In this document: piece after piece, positions 33,861 to 36,506 of the stretch | Layout: each line of letters starts with the position of its first letter | How positions within the stretch are numbered: position 1 is the stretch's first letter | IMG/VR virus record: IMGVR_UViG_2534681651_000007 | Span: 1 to 36,506 of that record | Length of the DNA stretch: 36,506 nucleotides | Strand: one strand, 5' to 3' | Source of the DNA: a virus | Lineage: Duplodnaviria; Heunggongvirae; Uroviricota; Caudoviricetes | Translations under genes and position numbers: made by a program | The notes under the pieces: generated by a model | Database searches by the model: none | Told to the model about the DNA's origin: nothing | The model's input: only the letters and a program-made list of their open reading frames with translations

Positions 33861-36506
33861 ATGACAGACATTACAGCCAATGTTGTAGTGAGTATGCCTT
33901 CGCAACTCTTCACTATGGCGCGTTCTTTTAAAGCGGTTGCCAATGGCAAAATTTATATCGGTAAAATTGACACTGACCCTGTAAATCCTGAAAACCAGAT
34001 TCAGGTTTATGTAGAGAACGAAGATGGCTCTCATGCTCCTGTTTCGCAACCAATCATCATTAACGCTGCTGGATATCCGGTATATAACGGACAGATTGCC
34101 AAGTTCGTAACTGTGCAAGGCCATTCTATGGCTGTTTATGATGCGTATGGTGCACAGCAGTTCTATTTTCCTAATGTGCTGAAGTATGACCCGGATCAGT
34201 TTAAACAAAAAGTATTATCAAATGATATGCTAAATATGTCTCCTCTTTATTTTGGAGCTAAGGGGGATGGGATTAGCGATGATACTGAAGCATTTGTCGC
34301 GTTGGAAATGGATATAAAAAATAGGGTTATTGATTTAAGTGGAAGAGCATTTTTTGTTACTAAAAGTTTTATTAAAAATAGCTATATAAATGGTTCTTTT
34401 ATTCGTGATAGCAGTAAACGAATTGCGATTGGTGATCTTAAAGTAAGAGATAAAAGAGAGCCATTGATATTTTCCGGAATGCCAAAAGTATATAACACCA
34501 GACACACGTTGCGCAGAACTGAAGGTGCGGGTGGTTTATATGCGGTCATTCAGGGGTGTTGTTATGATGAAATTAACGACAAGATTTTTACTTTATCATC
34601 TACCACAGCATACGGTTATTGCATTAATGCCTTTGACGTGACGAATTCTGGTGAACTAGGAAGATACGACAGAACTCGTTCTACTGAACTTGGGCATCAG
34701 GGGCTTGGATTGCATCATAATCCTGATGGTACTGTCGTGCTGTGGACATCGAAGCCTTATGGAACTGATGCCGCCAATCAATGTATTTCGATGGAAAATA
34801 TATTGAGTTACACAGGGACAACTAACGGAGTATCTGAAGGTTTTATCACCTGGAAGTTGTTCCCCTATGATGGAATGAGCGCAAGCTCTACTCCAACTGT
34901 ATCAAGTTGTGAAAACTATCTCCTTGCCAAGAAAATTTCATCGGATGGAATTACCTGCACGGTTCGTGTTTTCGACATAGTCAGCATGTGGAATAACAGA
35001 GCTCATAAAACTGATTATAGTGATGATTATTTAGTTGAGTTTAGCTATCAAAAACCATCACAAGAAGCATTTACCCAATCAATTGCTTGCGATGGGGCAT
35101 ACATTTACATACTTGAGTCACATATGTATGTTGGCATGACTAATTATATTTACGTATTTGACTTAACAGGCAGGTTTATTGAGCGAGTAGATATTTCAAC
35201 TGTTGGTGATGATGAAGCAAAATCTGATAGTACAGGAACTCCTGTTTATAAAGAGCCTGAGTCCCTAACAGTAATTAGAACGGAGAGTGGGTATGTTTTA
35301 ACGCTGGGGATATGCACATATAAAGGAGTTGCTGAGAACGGGAAAAATGTATATCTGTTTGATATAGGCAGGTCTGGTTCGGTAGTGCAAAGCAAAGCAA
35401 GCCGTTCTGTATCCAGTAATACTGGTCTTCATAGTTCTGGCTCCCCGGAGTTCAAATATGGAGTAAGGGAGTACAATGATACTTTTCACTGGACAGTTTG
35501 GCCAACAAGAAAGGGTATTCAAACTAACCGGGATAACCCTATATTGTTCCTTGATGGCGGAATTACTGGTGGAATGCAGTTAGCTTCAAATGGTACGGAA
35601 GGGATGAGCAACTCATGGGTTTCTCGGCATCAGTCAGATACCGCAGAAGGACCAAGAGCAATAATGTATAAATCTCGTTCTGGTGTTGTATCAACTGATA
35701 ATTTTGGAGCCCTGCAGACAGGGGATGTATTGGGTACTCATGTATGGGCCGGTGATACGGGTAGTAAGGCTGTGCAATGCGCAAGCATTAAATGCGTCAC
35801 AAGAGGCAATCCTTCCGGAGAAAATATCCCAGTTGCTTTTTACTTTGGAACTATGGGAGAGAGTGACGGCTTGCGTGACAGATGGGTATTAACAGAATTA
35901 GGTCATTTTCGACCATCAGGTTCAAATCTCTATGATATTGGTACACAGTCGAATACTGTCAGAAATCTGTACATCAATAATAGTCCAATTGTAACCAGCG
36001 ACAGAAATTACAAGCAGGATGAAACTTCATTATCTGATGCAGAACTGCGGGTTGGAATGGCTATTTACCCGCTGATAAAAAAATTCAGAATGAAGGATGC
36101 TGTAAAAGAAAAAGGCTTATTAGCGCGTGAGCATATCGGTGTAATTGCGCAAGATATACAATCCATCTTTGCATCGGCAGGGCTTGATGCATTTTCTTAT
36201 GGGGTTCTTTGTTATGAAGAGTGGAATGACGAGTTCGAGAAAGTCTATGCAACAAGAAATGTGACCAGGAAAATTTTGGTTGATGAAGAGTCTGGTCAAT
36301 ATGATGAAATCATAGAGGAAGAAGAGTATGAAACGGGTGAGGTAAGGCTACTTGTAGAATCAGGAAGGAAATTATCAGTGCGCTATGACGAGTTAATGTT
36401 TCTGGCAATGAGCGCACTATATCATCGCCATGAACAGGATATTGCCAATATCACATCAAAGATTAATGATCTGGAAAGATTATTAAAATTAACACTAAAT
36501 GGTTGA
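33861..36506 (+). CDS. Tailspike: P22 gp9-like N-terminal head-binding domain, beta-helix (pectin-lyase-like) receptor domain, C-terminal intramolecular-chaperone (self-cleaving) domain
   Basis: N-terminal about 120 aa ([43 protein letters not shown]...) nearly identical to recalled P22 gp9; motif [16 protein letters not shown] typical of beta-helix glycosidases; near the C-terminus TSDRNYK (Ser and Lys five residues apart) then LSDAELR...IYPLIK, resembling the S74-type chaperone domain. Confidence 0.88.
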   Translation: MTDITANVVVSMPSQLFTMARSFKAVANGKIYIGKIDTDPVNPENQIQVYVENEDGSHAPVSQPIIINAAGYPVYNGQIAKFVTVQGHSMAVYDAYGAQQFYFPNVLKYDPDQFKQKVLSNDMLNMSPLYFGAKGDGISDDTEAFVALEMDIKNRVIDLSGRAFFVTKSFIKNSYINGSFIRDSSKRIAIGDLKVRDKREPLIFSGMPKVYNTRHTLRRTEGAGGLYAVIQGCCYDEINDKIFTLSSTTAYGYCINAFDVTNSGELGRYDRTRSTELGHQGLGLHHNPDGTVVLWTSKPYGTDAANQCISMENILSYTGTTNGVSEGFITWKLFPYDGMSASSTPTVSSCENYLLAKKISSDGITCTVRVFDIVSMWNNRAHKTDYSDDYLVEFSYQKPSQEAFTQSIACDGAYIYILESHMYVGMTNYIYVFDLTGRFIERVDISTVGDDEAKSDSTGTPVYKEPESLTVIRTESGYVLTLGICTYKGVAENGKNVYLFDIGRSGSVVQSKASRSVSSNTGLHSSGSPEFKYGVREYNDTFHWTVWPTRKGIQTNRDNPILFLDGGITGGMQLASNGTEGMSNSWVSRHQSDTAEGPRAIMYKSRSGVVSTDNFGALQTGDVLGTHVWAGDTGSKAVQCASIKCVTRGNPSGENIPVAFYFGTMGESDGLRDRWVLTELGHFRPSGSNLYDIGTQSNTVRNLYINNSPIVTSDRNYKQDETSLSDAELRVGMAIYPLIKKFRMKDAVKEKGLLAREHIGVIAQDIQSIFASAGLDAFSYGVLCYEEWNDEFEKVYATRNVTRKILVDEESGQYDEIIEEEEYETGEVRLLVESGRKLSVRYDELMFLAMSALYHRHEQDIANITSKINDLERLLKLTLNG

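Larger units (their letters stand above)
1331..36506. mobile_element. P22-like/lambdoid mosaic prophage, attL end through tailspike; attR lies beyond the window
   Basis: Contiguous phage modules from att/int to the tailspike; host gene only at the left edge. Confidence 0.9.

Noticed and set aside
33795-34208. 137-aa minus-strand ORF overlapping the tailspike start
   Set aside because: Antisense to the conserved P22-like tailspike N-terminal domain; AT-rich spurious frame.
1-36506. Search for CRISPR arrays, tRNA genes, IS elements and long tandem repeats
   Set aside because: No regularly spaced direct repeats, no tRNA-like sequences and no transposase ORFs or terminal inverted repeats were seen; the only repeat families are the ori iterons and the operator dyads already listed.

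Overview
The window is the integrase-proximal flank and most of a P22-like (short-tailed, tailspike-bearing) lambdoid prophage inserted at the lambda attachment site next to ybhC. It runs from host ybhC and attL (core GCTTTTTTATACTAA plus lambda P' arm) through int/xis, a leftward early operon (N, accessory cargo, cIII, kil, a Rad52-like annealing protein plus SSB, small ea-type ORFs), a P22-type immunity region (c2 repressor, cro, c1, with recognisable OL/OR operators, pL/pR and matching nutL/nutR), replication genes (O-like initiator with internal ori iterons, DnaB-like helicase), a lambda-type nin region ending in lambda Q with pR'/tR', a phage-21-type lysis cassette (pinholin, SAR endolysin, Rz with embedded Rz1), terminase, a P22-like head and ejection module, an immI remnant with mnt, and a tailspike. 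All identifications rest on my reading of the ORF translations and DNA motifs and on recalled similarity to lambda, P22 and phage 21 proteins; no database search was run. The most notable points are: an apparent frameshift splitting the O-like initiator just after the ori iterons; an SSB with a 15-residue extension past the normally terminal DDDIPF; low-GC accessory cargo directly downstream of N (a PP-loop/PAPS-reductase-like enzyme, a 43-aa Cys-containing ORF, an acidic 82-aa protein); a reverse-strand low-GC gene between lysis and packaging; a divergent lipoprotein pair where P22 carries sieA; an orphan mnt with a palindromic operator upstream of the tailspike; and a chimeric tailspike with a C-terminal self-cleaving chaperone-like domain. 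I cannot single out one of these as a confirmed new system; the N-proximal cargo, the lysis-terminase moron and the lipoprotein pair are the best candidates.
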